Origin: an uncultured Eubacteriales bacterium
Lineage (GTDB): Bacteria; Bacillota; Clostridia; Lachnospirales; Lachnospiraceae
Assembly (NCBI GenBank): GCA_949292725.1
Contig: CASFAQ010000016.1
Span: forward strand, 738-64,737
DNA length: 64,000 nt
Reading direction: 5' to 3'
The position numbers and the translations under genes were made by a program. Position 1 is the first letter of the stretch. The number at the start of each line of letters is the position of its first letter. Shown here piece after piece: positions 1-11,900 of this stretch. The notes beneath the pieces were generated by a model, which made no database searches, was not told the DNA's origin, and was given only the letters and a program-made list of their open reading frames with translations.

Positions 1-254
1 ACAACCTCTGCACTCTGCATTGAAACTTTATCAGCAAGCTTAACCTCTGACGTGCACCTTACTCTGACAATATTACTGCTCCTTCCTGTCATACCCGTTA
101 CGCTGCTCCTTACTATTCCCAACATATCATCATTCAAAAGTGCAACATCAAAATGTTCGAGAGTGTCATAATGCGTAAAAGACGCTCTGCATATGCATGC
201 CGCAATTATGAGAATAGCGATTATGGTTGCCGTAGCCGCAATCCACTTTTTCAT
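1..254 (-). CDS. N-terminal part of a putative lipoprotein or membrane-anchored protein; the gene runs off the window
   Basis: Not in the ORF track because it is truncated. ATG at 254..252 follows GGAGGTGG. 84 stop-free codons reach position 1. N-terminus MKKWIAATATIIAILIIAAC looks like a signal peptide with a lipobox-like IAAC. Confidence 0.4.
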   Translation of the reverse strand, partial: MKKWIAATATIIAILIIAACICRASFTHYDTLEHFDVALLNDDMLGIVRSSVTGMTGRSSNIVRVRCTSEVKLADKVSMQSAEV

Positions 255-313
255 TCTACCACCTCCGATGCCATAGTATTTCTACTAATTCCCTGTTATT
301 TACTTAAACGACG

Positions 314-1165
314 TCAAATTATCTCATCATTATGCACTATATACATTATCATCAATACATTCACGATTGCTAACATCAATATAAATACAATATATGCCAC
401 TGAACTGCCAAGACTTAAATCGGCCAGAGATATATACTCAAAATAGTTTGAAGACCACTCTATGGAATCTATACTTCCAAATATTTTTCCTATAGCAAAT
501 AGCAGGATATATACCGTCAAAAATATAAATACCGAAAACTTAAATCTGATAACCATAGATACACATTGGGCAAAAACTGCCAGCAAAGACGTTGCAATTC
601 CAAATAATGCAATCATGACAATCATATATAAAAGCTTATTATATACCCACAAATCCGATAACAGATATCCTTGCACGTACTGCTTATAAACTGCATCAAA
701 TATGGAGGCGTTATCAGAGTCTATCGATGTATCAAGACTTACCGGAAACGCCAATATATTCAGCGCAAGTTCTATATATAACGGAAGTGCATATATAATA
801 AAGGTGACCAGAAATGTGGATATGCTCCTGCTGATATAATATCCTTTTCTGCCTGTTCTTGCCTGTAGGAATACTATCGCACGGCTCTTCTTATCAGCAA
901 AGTATGCAAAGGAAGCAGGCAGAACTATCAGCAAAGGATAATATTGCATAAATAAGAACCCCACCCTGCCATAATTATTGCCGCCCAAATATATAAGCCT
1001 CAAAGGATTATACATATATGACGCATCATAGCCATAATATTTCAATATATTTCCCATAAAGTGTGAGGCCATAGCTACAAGCATCACAAACCACATAATA
1101 CAAGTACTTTTTCTACTGAATAATATGTAAAGTTGGGCCTTAACTGACTTCCACATTCCGGTCAC
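314..1165 (-). CDS. ABC-2-type transporter permease-like integral membrane protein
   Basis: 283 aa with about 6 hydrophobic segments. RBS GGGAGGGGG lies upstream of the ATG. No ATPase gene is adjacent. Confidence 0.55.
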   Translation of the reverse strand: MTGMWKSVKAQLYILFSRKSTCIMWFVMLVAMASHFMGNILKYYGYDASYMYNPLRLIYLGGNNYGRVGFLFMQYYPLLIVLPASFAYFADKKSRAIVFLQARTGRKGYYISRSISTFLVTFIIYALPLYIELALNILAFPVSLDTSIDSDNASIFDAVYKQYVQGYLLSDLWVYNKLLYMIVMIALFGIATSLLAVFAQCVSMVIRFKFSVFIFLTVYILLFAIGKIFGSIDSIEWSSNYFEYISLADLSLGSSVAYIVFILMLAIVNVLMIMYIVHNDEII

Positions 1166-1437
1166 CCCCTCCCTTTTTTAATATTTATCTTCCGTTATAA
1201 TATACATGTGCATTTGCCGAATGATCAGGATTATTCCCTCTGAATGCAAATACAACATTGGATGTGTTTAAATAGCCTTCCTTTATTCCTATAAATGTAA
1301 CTTCTGAAGCCGTTTCATTAAGCGTACGTATTTCAGTAATGTTGTTACCCTAATTATTATAAATAATTGTAAACAAATAACATACTATAATTGTATGTCA
1401 ATCGGTTGTATTTGTCAATATATTTTCTTAATTAATT

Positions 1438-1767
1438 TTAATATTTTTTTATTATAGTCATACTTAAATTCCTTTCCGGCATAGCAGGAGTACCTTCTTT
1501 AATGGTTGATCTTTCCTGTATGTTCATCGTATCTATTGTAAGAGTTCTGTCATCTAATGCCCTTACCACGGCAAAAGGGTCATGGTAACCAATGTCCCGG
1601 TCTTTAAAAGACTCTTTTGATATTATCCTTTTTGTCATAGAACTCTCCTCCTTAATCGATTATTTTTTTGCTGTTGCGCCTGTTGACTGACGCACTGCTT
1701 TTTCATATAATTCTTCTATGCCCGTTGTAATATCAGGCATAGAAATCTGCGTATCACGATCAGACAT
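1438..1767 (-). pseudogene. Degenerate copy of the 3' end of groEL, split into a 35-aa ORF (1660..1767) and a 66-aa ORF (1438..1638)
   Basis: The 66-aa ORF contains ...RIISK..GYHDPFAVVRAL...STIKEGTPAMPE. The GroEL C-terminus reads ...[18 protein letters not shown]...[16 protein letters not shown] 1476..1510 matches groEL 1968..2002 at 32/35 nt. The 35-aa ORF (DITTG..LYEKAVRQSTG) aligns with Gro[16 protein letters not shown]. Confidence 0.6.
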
Positions 1768-1806
1768 CTTTCTTCATAACAGTTTCCCAACCTCTCTTTT
1801 TAAATA

Positions 1807-1838
1807 CTATTTTGACCCATCCCCTATTTCGACCCATC
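1807..1838. repeat. Tandem direct repeat CTATTTTGACCCATC / CTATTTCGACCCATC (14/15 identical, 2-nt spacer)
   Basis: Read directly from the sequence. It lies between the groEL terminator and the groEL-fragment ORFs. Confidence 0.6.
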
Positions 1839-1861
1839 TGCTAAATTCTTACACGCCATAC

Positions 1862-1910
1862 AAATAAAAAAACCACTCGGAAGCAGTCGTTTCTGCCATT
1901 CCGAATGGTT
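1862..1910 (-). terminator. Rho-independent terminator of groESL
   Basis: On the minus strand, AACCAUUCGGAA, a 16-nt loop, UUCCGAGUGGUU (12 bp with one G-U), then UUUUUUUAUUU. It starts 29 nt after the groEL stop. Confidence 0.7.
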
Positions 1911-1938
1911 CTTTTTATTGTTGATATTATAATTATTA

Positions 1939-3582
<1,644 letters not shown>

Positions 3583-3586
3583 TCAA

Positions 3587-3874
3587 TTAATCTTCAACTA
3601 TTGCTACGATATCATTCTGCTTTACTACTACATATTCATCTTCGCCAAGCTTTACGTCTGTTCCGGCATATTTTGAATATATAACCTTATCTCCGACCTT
3701 AACCTGCATAACTACTTCTTTACCATCTACCGTTCCTCCCGGTCCTACAGCTATAACTTCTGCCTGCTGAGGCTTTTCCTGTGCCTGACCCGGCAGTACG
3801 ATTCCGGACTTTGTTGTCTCTTCTGCTTCTAACTGTTTCAAAACGACTTTGTCTCCTAAAGGTACTAACTTCAT
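3587..3874 (-). CDS. groES: Co-chaperonin GroES
   Basis: 95 aa. MKLVPLGDKVVLK... is typical Cpn10. It lies directly upstream of groEL. Confidence 0.97.
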   Translation of the reverse strand: MKLVPLGDKVVLKQLEAEETTKSGIVLPGQAQEKPQQAEVIAVGPGGTVDGKEVVMQVKVGDKVIYSKYAGTDVKLGEDEYVVVKQNDIVAIVED

Positions 3875-3902
3875 TACACATTCCTCCTGATATATTTTTT
3901 TA

Positions 3903-3929
3903 TTAGCACTCCTTTATGTCGAGTGCTAA
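3903..3929. promoter_or_regulatory. CIRCE operator (HrcA binding site)
   Basis: Perfect TTAGCACTC-N9-GAGTGCTAA inverted repeat between the promoter and the groES RBS. Confidence 0.9.
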
Positions 3930-3941
3930 CTGCTAGGATAT

Positions 3942-3970
3942 ATATTAGCCACTCAATCCATTATTTGCAA
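3942..3970 (-). promoter_or_regulatory. Putative sigma-A promoter of groESL
   Basis: Minus strand: -35 TTGCAA, 17-nt spacer, -10 TAATAT, immediately upstream of CIRCE. Consensus match only. Confidence 0.5.
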
Positions 3971-4067
3971 ATCAAATAATAATAAATATAACCGAAAAAC
4001 CAGCCGTAATCTTTTTTTATCTCATTATTTCTCGTATTTTCTCTTGTTTTTACATTATATCACAATA

Positions 4068-4096
4068 TTGATAATGGTTAAAACATAGAATATACT
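4068..4096 (+). promoter_or_regulatory. Putative sigma-A promoter of the Cys-rich gene
   Basis: -35 TTGATA (4068..4073), 17-nt spacer, -10 TATACT (4091..4096). RBS GGGAGG at 4115..4120. Confidence 0.5.
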
Positions 4097-4126
4097 TATC
4101 TAATATACTACATTTGGGAGGCAGAT

Positions 4127-4852
4127 ATGAAAGAAGCGCTGTATACAATACCGGTAAATGACGCTTTCAAGGCAGAATGCGAATGTCCAATCTGCAATAT
4201 GTACCGGAACATCGAAAAAGATGTTATCGAATTCACGATGGGACCAAGTTATATGGAGGACGACATACGTGCCGTTACCGATAAGAAGGGGTTCTGTTCC
4301 ACCCATGCCGCAATGCTGTACCGCCATCAGAACAGACTCGGTCTGGGTCTTATACTAAACACCCATCTTGAGTACACGATAAAAAACATGGAAAAACTTA
4401 TAAAAAGCGAGTCAAAGACTCCTTCGTTATTCAGAAAAAAAACCACGGGCGGTCCTGCAGAATTTCTGGAGCATGTAAACTCCTCCTGTTTTATCTGCGA
4501 TAAAATAGCGGATACATTTGACAGATACATAGCAACTATATTTCACCTGTATCATAGCAGCTCCGATTTTCGCACATTATTTGCCGGGGCTAAGGGCTTT
4601 TGCAGCAAGCACTATCTTCTTTTATATAAGAGTGCGGACAAATATGTCGGAGGCCGGGAGCACTCAGAATTCATAGAAACACTTAACAGGGTATATATGG
4701 ACAGCCTGAAGACAATGCAGGCAGATCTGGAGTGGTTCACCGACAAATTCGATTACAGAAACGCTGATGCGCCGTGGAAGAATTCCAAGGACGCTCTTGT
4801 ACGTACAATCAAAAAAACCAACAGTCTGGATGCAGAAAAGGATATTCCTTAG
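4127..4852 (+). CDS. Conserved Cys-rich hypothetical protein (DUF6062-like by recollection)
   Basis: 241 aa with a good RBS. Two internal CxxC...GFCxxH modules: CECPICNMY...GFCSTH and SCFICDK...GFCSKH. Confidence 0.6.
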   Translation: MKEALYTIPVNDAFKAECECPICNMYRNIEKDVIEFTMGPSYMEDDIRAVTDKKGFCSTHAAMLYRHQNRLGLGLILNTHLEYTIKNMEKLIKSESKTPSLFRKKTTGGPAEFLEHVNSSCFICDKIADTFDRYIATIFHLYHSSSDFRTLFAGAKGFCSKHYLLLYKSADKYVGGREHSEFIETLNRVYMDSLKTMQADLEWFTDKFDYRNADAPWKNSKDALVRTIKKTNSLDAEKDIP

Positions 4853-4889
4853 ACCCGGGTCTTCGGAATATCCCTGCATACGTTCTATT

Positions 4890-6563
4890 TTACCTTATAT
4901 TCGGCTTATAGGAGCTTTTCTGAGAAACGATTCTGTTAAACACAGGTGCGTCGCTCCTGTGATCTTTACTGTCCACACAGAAGTATCCCTGTCTCAAAAA
5001 CTGGAATCTGTCTCCACTCTTTACATCGGCAAGCGCAGGTTCGAGATAACAGTTGTTGAGAGTTTTCAATGAATTCGGATTCAGATTGACACTTCCGTCT
5101 TCGTTATAAACTCCCTTTTCTTCATCTACCAGATTCTCATACAGCCGTACGGTTGCCTTTACGGCAGTTTCCTTTGCAACCCAGTGTATGGTTCCCTTAA
5201 CCTTGCGTCCTGTGAATCCCAAACCACTCTTCGTCTCGGGATCATAAGTACAGTGTACCTCTATGACATTCCCCGCATCATCAAGCACATAATCCTCACA
5301 TTTTACGAAATATGCACTCATAAGCCTTACCTCATTGCCCGGAAACAGTCTGTAATATTTCCTGGGCGGTTCTATCATAAAATCATCACGTTCTATATAA
5401 AGCTCCCGTCCAAAAGGCACCTTTCTGGTACCCATATCAGGGTTCTCCTGATTATTTGGAACATCAAGGTATTCTATCTGTCCCTCGGGATAATTGGTGA
5501 TAACAAGCTTTATCGGATCAAGCACAGCCATCATCCTTGGTCTTGTAAGTTTCAGATCCTCACGTATACAATATTCGAGCATTGCATAATCTATCGAACT
5601 CTGGGCCTTTGACACACCAACCATATTCATAAGCATTCTTATCGATTCAGGCGTATAACCTCTTCTTCTGAGCGCCGCTATTGTAACAAGTCTCGGATCA
5701 TCCCATCCGTCCACAACACCTTCATCCACAAGCTTCTTAATATATCTCTTACCCGTAATCACATTGGTAACATACATCTTGGCAAACTCTATCTGCCTTG
5801 GCGGGATCTCATATTCAAGTTCATTCACCACCCAGTCGTATAACGGTCTGTGATCTTCGAATTCGAGCGTACACAGAGAATGCGATATGCCTTCTATCGC
5901 ATCTTCGATAGGATGAGCAAAATCATACATAGGATATATGCACCACCTATCTTTTGTATTATGGTGAGGAACATGCGCAACTCTGTATATTACAGGATCC
6001 CTCATATTGATATTAGGCGAAGCCATATCTATCTTTGCGCGAAGCACGCGGCTGCCGTCCTCATATTCACCATTTTTCATTCTGATGAAAAGATCTAGAT
6101 TCTCCTCTATGCTTCTGTCTCTGTACGGACTATTCTTGCCGGGCTCGGTTAACGTCCCTCTGTACTCCCTTATCTCCTCAGCCGTCAGGTCATCCACATA
6201 CGCCTTACCCTTTCTGATAAGCTTTAATGCCGCCTCATACATCTCGTCAAAATAATCAGATGCAAAGTATACATTATCTATATTTATGTTTCCACATATC
6301 CACTCTACATCCTTGCGAATAGCCTCCACAAACTCAGTATCTTCCTTAACCGGATTGGTATCATCAAAGCGCAGATTGAATTTACCGTTATATTTTTCTG
6401 CCATTCCATAATTCAAAAGTATGGACTTGGCATGTCCTATATGAAGATATCCGTTAGGCTCCGGCGGAAACCTTGTTGCGATATCCTTATAAACCCCATT
6501 CTTAATATCGTTGTCTATCTCCTGTTCAATGAAATTGCGGGATACAACATTCTTCTCTTCCAT
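4890..6563 (-). CDS. glnS: Glutamine--tRNA ligase
   Basis: 557 aa. [17 protein letters not shown] is the class I HIGH motif. Overall GlnRS-like. Confidence 0.93.
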   Translation of the reverse strand: MEEKNVVSRNFIEQEIDNDIKNGVYKDIATRFPPEPNGYLHIGHAKSILLNYGMAEKYNGKFNLRFDDTNPVKEDTEFVEAIRKDVEWICGNINIDNVYFASDYFDEMYEAALKLIRKGKAYVDDLTAEEIREYRGTLTEPGKNSPYRDRSIEENLDLFIRMKNGEYEDGSRVLRAKIDMASPNINMRDPVIYRVAHVPHHNTKDRWCIYPMYDFAHPIEDAIEGISHSLCTLEFEDHRPLYDWVVNELEYEIPPRQIEFAKMYVTNVITGKRYIKKLVDEGVVDGWDDPRLVTIAALRRRGYTPESIRMLMNMVGVSKAQSSIDYAMLEYCIREDLKLTRPRMMAVLDPIKLVITNYPEGQIEYLDVPNNQENPDMGTRKVPFGRELYIERDDFMIEPPRKYYRLFPGNEVRLMSAYFVKCEDYVLDDAGNVIEVHCTYDPETKSGLGFTGRKVKGTIHWVAKETAVKATVRLYENLVDEEKGVYNEDGSVNLNPNSLKTLNNCYLEPALADVKSGDRFQFLRQGYFCVDSKDHRSDAPVFNRIVSQKSSYKPNIR

Positions 6564-6608
6564 ATAGATGGCAGCCTCCTTCGGTGTTCTGGTAGATATA
6601 ATCAGTTA

Positions 6609-6637
6609 ATTTTATCATAGAATATCAAAAATATCAA
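6609..6637 (-). promoter_or_regulatory. Putative sigma-A promoter of glnS
   Basis: Minus strand: -35 TTGATA, 17-nt spacer, -10 TAAAAT. RBS GAAGGAGG follows. Consensus match only. Confidence 0.45.
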
Positions 6638-6737
6638 ATACAAAAAGAATACACGGACTGCCTTTTTTGCTTGATAATTTACTGTATTTGATATACACTA
6701 CCTAGGAAGGCATAAAAGAAAAAGATGGAAGGTTGTT

Positions 6738-7923
6738 ATGGTATTTTCATCTAATATATTTTTATTTATCTTTCTTCCTGCTGTACTGGGAATATATTAT
6801 ATCGCAAAAAAGAATTTAGAAATATTATATTTTTACTTGCTTCGCTACTTTTTTATATATGGGCGGAGCCGTCGTATATGTGGATTATCATATTGTCGAT
6901 AGTGATAAATTATCTTGCCGGCCTGTTAATCGGCACAACTGATAAAATATTAGTAAAAAGGCTGGCATTGACATCCGGAATATTGTTAAATATATTTCTT
7001 TTATTTTATTTCAAATATTATGATTTCGCTCTGTCGTGTATAAATCAGATATTTAACAGCGGAATAAACCTTAAAAATACAGCCCTGCCATTGGGAATTT
7101 CCTTTTATACATTTTCAGGCTTGTCTTATATTATAGACGTCTATACACAAAAGGCAGAGGCACAGAAGAATCCAATGAATATTGCTCTGTATATATTAAT
7201 GTTTCCTAAACTCGCACAGGGATCTATCGTCAAATTCAGAGATATAAAAGACCAGCTTCATAACAGAAGCATAACTGCAGATGACTTTGCAGATGGCATA
7301 AGGAGATTTATTTTGGGTCTTTCCAAGAAAGTGCTTCTTGCCAATCAGTTGGGCGCTGTAACAGCAGAGATATTTGGCGACAATCCCTTGTCTAATTCCG
7401 TATCCACCGCATGGCTTGGCGCAATTTTGTATACAATTCAGCTGTATTTTGATTTTTCCGGTTACAGTGACATGGCAATCGGTCTCGGAAAAATGTTCGG
7501 ATTTAATATTATGGAAAATTTCAATTATCCGTATATTTCAAAAAGCATATCGGAGTTCTGGCGCAGGTGGCACATATCACTGGGAGAATGGTTCAAGCAA
7601 TATGTGTATATTCCATTAGGCGGAAACAGGCGCGGAAATGTATATGTTAATCTTTTTATAGTATTTCTTCTTACCGGAATATGGCACGGAGCTTCGTGGA
7701 ATTTTATCATATGGGGAATATGGATTTAAAACTGGTTATTCTTCTCACCGTGGCAGTTATAGCCTGTCTTCCAATAAAGAACCGGGTACTGAAGCTTAAT
7801 ATTCTAAAGAAGGATACCATAAGGATTGCGGCAGGGAACATTTATACAGCATTATTGCTTATCGTCTCTCTGATGTTTATGATGACCGACACCTTTAACG
7901 CTTTCATTTATTTTAAATTCTGA
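6738..7923 (+). pseudogene. MBOAT-family O-acyltransferase (AlgI/DltB/PatA-like), disrupted
   Basis: N-terminus MVFSSNIFLFIFLPAVLGIYYIAKK (frame 0) continues as EFRNIIFLLASLLFYIWAEPSYMWII.. in the -1 frame after the A6 run at 6806..6811. The frame breaks again after WHGASWNFIIWGIW (~7725). It resumes as LKLVILL...TFNAFIYFKF, a typical MBOAT C-terminus, with roughly 65 aa apparently missing. Confidence 0.8.
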
Positions 7924-7935
7924 GGTGAGTACTGA

Positions 7936-8835
7936 ATGAAAAAAATAATTAATTATATCTATATTATATTCTTCTTATTATGCATAACCATTCCTTTTAT
8001 TCTGTCCGATAAAAAGGGCGGAAGGATTTCTGAGGGAGAAAACCGGTATCTGGCTACGGCTCCCGATTATTTTGAAAATGGCCATTTGAAATTAGGCGGT
8101 CTCAGAGAGGGTACTGAGGAATGGATTAATGACAATGCATATGGAAGAGAGTATTTTCTTAAACTGACAGATTATATAAATGTTCACATGCTAAAAGAAA
8201 AGAAGTCCGGCGTGAATTATTACTGAAAAAATGATTGGATATTTTTATATAATGATGGAGTTATAAAAAACTACAGCCATGCCAATTCATTAAATGATGA
8301 TGAAATAAAACAACTTGTCGATAAATATGCAGACATTCAGAAGCACTACCGTGACAACGGCATAGGCGTATGCACCTCAGTATTTCCATATAAGACGGAT
8401 ATTTACAATGATTTTTTTACCGATTCAATAATCAAATCAGACGACAAACCACTGATTGATTTTTTTTTTGATAATATGGAGCGAAACGACAGCTTTAATG
8501 TAGATGTTCCGTATGACGAACTGATGTCATGCAAAAAAAACGGTATTCAGGCATACTATGCCTCATATGATGCATCTCACTGGAATTATTACGGCGCTTA
8601 TATAGGATATCTGTCCGTAATGAATAACGTAAAGAAGGATATATCGGATTTAAAAATACTAAGCGAAGATGATTTTAATATCAGCCAGATACAGGTTGAA
8701 AAGGAATATGCAGGAAAGACCTACAACGATATAGACTTCTCATTTGCCATGAAAGAAGAAAGTCATGCTTCTCTTGACATGACTTTCTTTGACAATTATA
8801 AAAGGTCTGTTAAAACCCCCCTAAAGGAAAAATAG
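7936..8835 (+). pseudogene. DHHW/AlgJ-AlgX-like O-acetyltransferase partner protein with an in-frame TGA
   Basis: A single reading frame runs 7936..8835, interrupted only by TGA at 8224..8226. N-terminal TM, GENRYLA motif, YDASHW (D-x-H-W) motif. It seems short at the C-terminus for this family. Confidence 0.7.
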
Positions 8836-8864
8836 CTATGGGCTCGCGCCCATAGCTATTTTTG
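8832..8864. terminator. Bidirectional rho-independent terminator
   Basis: ATAGCTATGGGC-tcgc-GCCCATAGCTAT is a perfect 12-bp stem. It is flanked by an A-run and a T-run, between convergent genes. Confidence 0.75.
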
Positions 8865-8934
8865 GTATGATTAATTATGCAACTAACCAAAAATATCAAT
8901 GATAATTATACAGCACATTTCTATCATCTATATA

Positions 8935-11900
8935 TTACTGAAAGATTCTCCTTGCAAAATTATATAATCCATTCTTCCAAGGTCCCCACCAATGACCTCC
9001 GGGCCACGTGTAATATATGTGATCAAAGCCATTATTCTTCAATGTTGTGCTGTACTGAAGCGGGCTGTCTCCTACTGTTGTGTCACCCTCACCTGCAACG
9101 ATTAGAAATAATGTGTTGTCACGATATTTTGCCGGCACGGTAAGTGTCTCAGTGGTAAGAAGCCCTGATTCGCGCCAGTATGGAAGTACTCCGACTGCAG
9201 GGCAGAATGCACCAGTATATGCAAAATCATCAACCATTGTTACTCCGGTATAGAGGGCGTTACGTCCTCCCATTGACAATCCTGCTATCGCACGATTATT
9301 ACGTCCTGTTTTCACCGAGAAGTTCTGTTCTATATACGGAATAAGGCTTGTCTTTAATTCATCAGCCGTTCTGTCATACATCTTAAACTGTTCTAACGTC
9401 AGATATCCCGGACTTGCTTCATCAGCCTTGCGTACGCACTGATTTGGAAGAACCATTATCATCTCCTTGCACGTTCCCGCAGCAATCATATTGCTTATAA
9501 TCTCATTCGGCTTACCATCAAGCCATTCGCTCTCACTTCCTCCTATACCATGAAGAAGGTATAGAACAGGATACTTTTTATTCGCATTATATCCTGGAGG
9601 AAGTATCACCTTTGCATTTCTGTTCATCCCTGCAATATACGAATAATATGAGACATCGATTACCGTTCCATATGTCACTCCGCTTTTAACCTCATCAAAG
9701 CCGGAAGGCGTATCATAGTTATTATCGATAAATGATACCTTATCACTGTCTGCATCATCTTCTCCTTCCTTCATTTCCATATCATCCATGAAGAATGTCA
9801 CAAGGTCATTTGATGAAGGATTGCTGTTATATGCGGTTTCAACAAATACCTGTACGCTTGACATATCTGCATCCTCAGGCACCTTATATGTTCCGCTTAT
9901 AAGGCTCCACTGCCCTCTTACAGCTTCTCCCGATGCAATGACAGTTACTTTCCCTCCGGTAACAAGGCATATGTTAAATACATGAGACGCATCATTACCT
10001 TCGCTGTAATTGATATATGTCTTTACGGTATAACTCTCACCAGCTTCAACCTTTCCGGTTATATCCTGTACAGGTCCCGAAGGGGTCTGTTTTCTGTTGC
10101 TTACCTTAAGCGAATGATTGCCGTTTCGTTTGGTAACCCAGCCTAACGACAGTTCTGCACCTGCATGTGAATCCCAGGAAGACGTTCCGTCCTCAATATC
10201 TCCGTTAATGATTATAGGTACATCCTCTTTCATGGATACATCATCTACATAGAATGTCATAAGGTCATTATATGTATCAGGTTTCTCTGTCCAAGGCGTT
10301 TCAAAGAACACTCTTACATCGGACACATCAGCATTCTCAGGTATGGTATATGTTCCGGTTATAATACCCCAGTTTCCTTTTTGGGTAGTTACCGAACCCA
10401 TGTTAGCGTATGTATTATCACCATATCTTATCGTCATAAAGAACTTCTTCTGATCCGGATACTGTGAGCTGTTCGCATCGCTTGCATCCTGCTTGTACTG
10501 AACCTTTGCAGATACCTTATACGTACGTCCTGCCTCAACTTTCCCGGTTATATCCTGATAGCATCCCGAGCTTGTGTAAGCGCGCTTTGAAACTTTCATG
10601 GAAAGTGCTCCCTTTGCCACTGTATAGTAGCCCAGAGACAATGTTGCTCCATTCATCGACTCCCATGAATCATATCCGTCCTCAAAGTCCGGATTATCGA
10701 TCAGGTTAGAGCCTCTTATAATCTCTACAGGCATAGCTGTTGGAGCCGGAGTTGGCGTCGCTGTAGGCGCCGGAGTTGGCGTAGGCTTTGGTGTCGGAGT
10801 CGCTGTAGGCTTTGGCGTCGCTGTAGGCGCCGGCGCTATCTCTTTCATTGAAATATCATCAGCAAAATATGTCATAAGATCATTTGCTGCCACCGGCGAC
10901 GGCGTCCACGGAGTCTCTATAAACACCTTCACGGAAGAAAGATTTGCATCTGCCGGTATGGTATAGGTTCCCGTAAGGTCTGCCCAGCTTCCTTTCTTAG
11001 CATACGCAGACGCTATATTTCTAATGGTTCCGTCACCATATACTATCGACATAAGGAACTGCTTTTCATCAGGGTAATTGGCGCTTAAAGCCTCATTTCC
11101 ATCATATCTGTACTGTATCTTTCCACTTATCTGATATGTTGCGCCATTCTCCACTTTTCCCGTAATATCCTGCTGCGCTCCGGACGACGTATGGTCGCGG
11201 TCATAGACTTTAAGGCCGGTAACTCCTCCCGTCTTCGTAACCCAGGCCAATCCGAGTTTGGAGTTGCCCCCTGCTTCCCAGTTTTCCACACCATTCTCAA
11301 AATCACCGTTAGCAATGATATTATCCGTTGCCGTCTGAACTGATTTTGGCGGAACAAGCTGAATACAATCGAGATAAAGTTCTCCCGCAGCTGCTCTGTT
11401 TGCCTTTAACTCGATAGTATTGCTTCCCTGATTGAGTACGATATTCTTCTCAACAGTACTCCATTTGTTATATCCTCCGGTTGCTTTAAATGACAATGTA
11501 TCAGTCTTTACTCCATTTATATAGAGGTCGACGCTATCCATTACCTCAACCCATGCCGTCATATATCTTATAATCAGCGTATGCTCGCCTTTGACTATTG
11601 CATTTACGGTTTCCTTAACAGCCGCAGACGGATTCTTTCCAAAATCAAGATAACCCTGTCCCCAGAAATTGATTATCTCGGGACTGAGACCTGCCGATGC
11701 ACCGTTTCTTATATTCTTTTCAATATTTTTATATCCGAAATTCTCTGCCTCATACTGTCTTGTACCCGTATATTCAGTTGGAAGCGCCGGTGCCGAAACA
11801 TTAGCGGTCTTATAATATGTAAGTCTGTCAGCAGCCTGTCCTTTACAATTGCTGATATTTATATCTATAGGACCGTTATGCCTTACCGTAAGAGTATATT

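Noticed and set aside
153-689. Plus-strand ORFs 153..446 and 462..689
   Set aside because: They are antisense to the ABC-2 permease gene and the partial lipoprotein gene. They have no RBS and an implausible composition.
1190-1352. Stop-free 54-codon stretch (…NNITEIRTLNETASEVTFIGIKEGYLNTSNVVFAFRGNNPDHSANAHVYYNGR*) upstream of the ABC-2 permease, as a remnant of the missing ATPase gene
   Set aside because: It has no start codon and no recognisable ABC motifs. The evidence is too weak for a feature, so it is mentioned only as part of the possible rearrangement scar.
6564-6737. Possible T-box leader upstream of glnS
   Set aside because: The spacer between the putative promoter and the RBS is under 50 nt. 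There is no specifier loop, T-box sequence or terminator/antiterminator pair.
8224-8226. In-frame TGA as selenocysteine or alternative genetic code
   Set aside because: TGA terminates several well-defined genes in the window (for example tcdA at 28685 and the ABC ATPase at 41800). No SECIS-like hairpin follows the codon. The neighbouring MBOAT partner gene is also broken, which favours a nonsense mutation.
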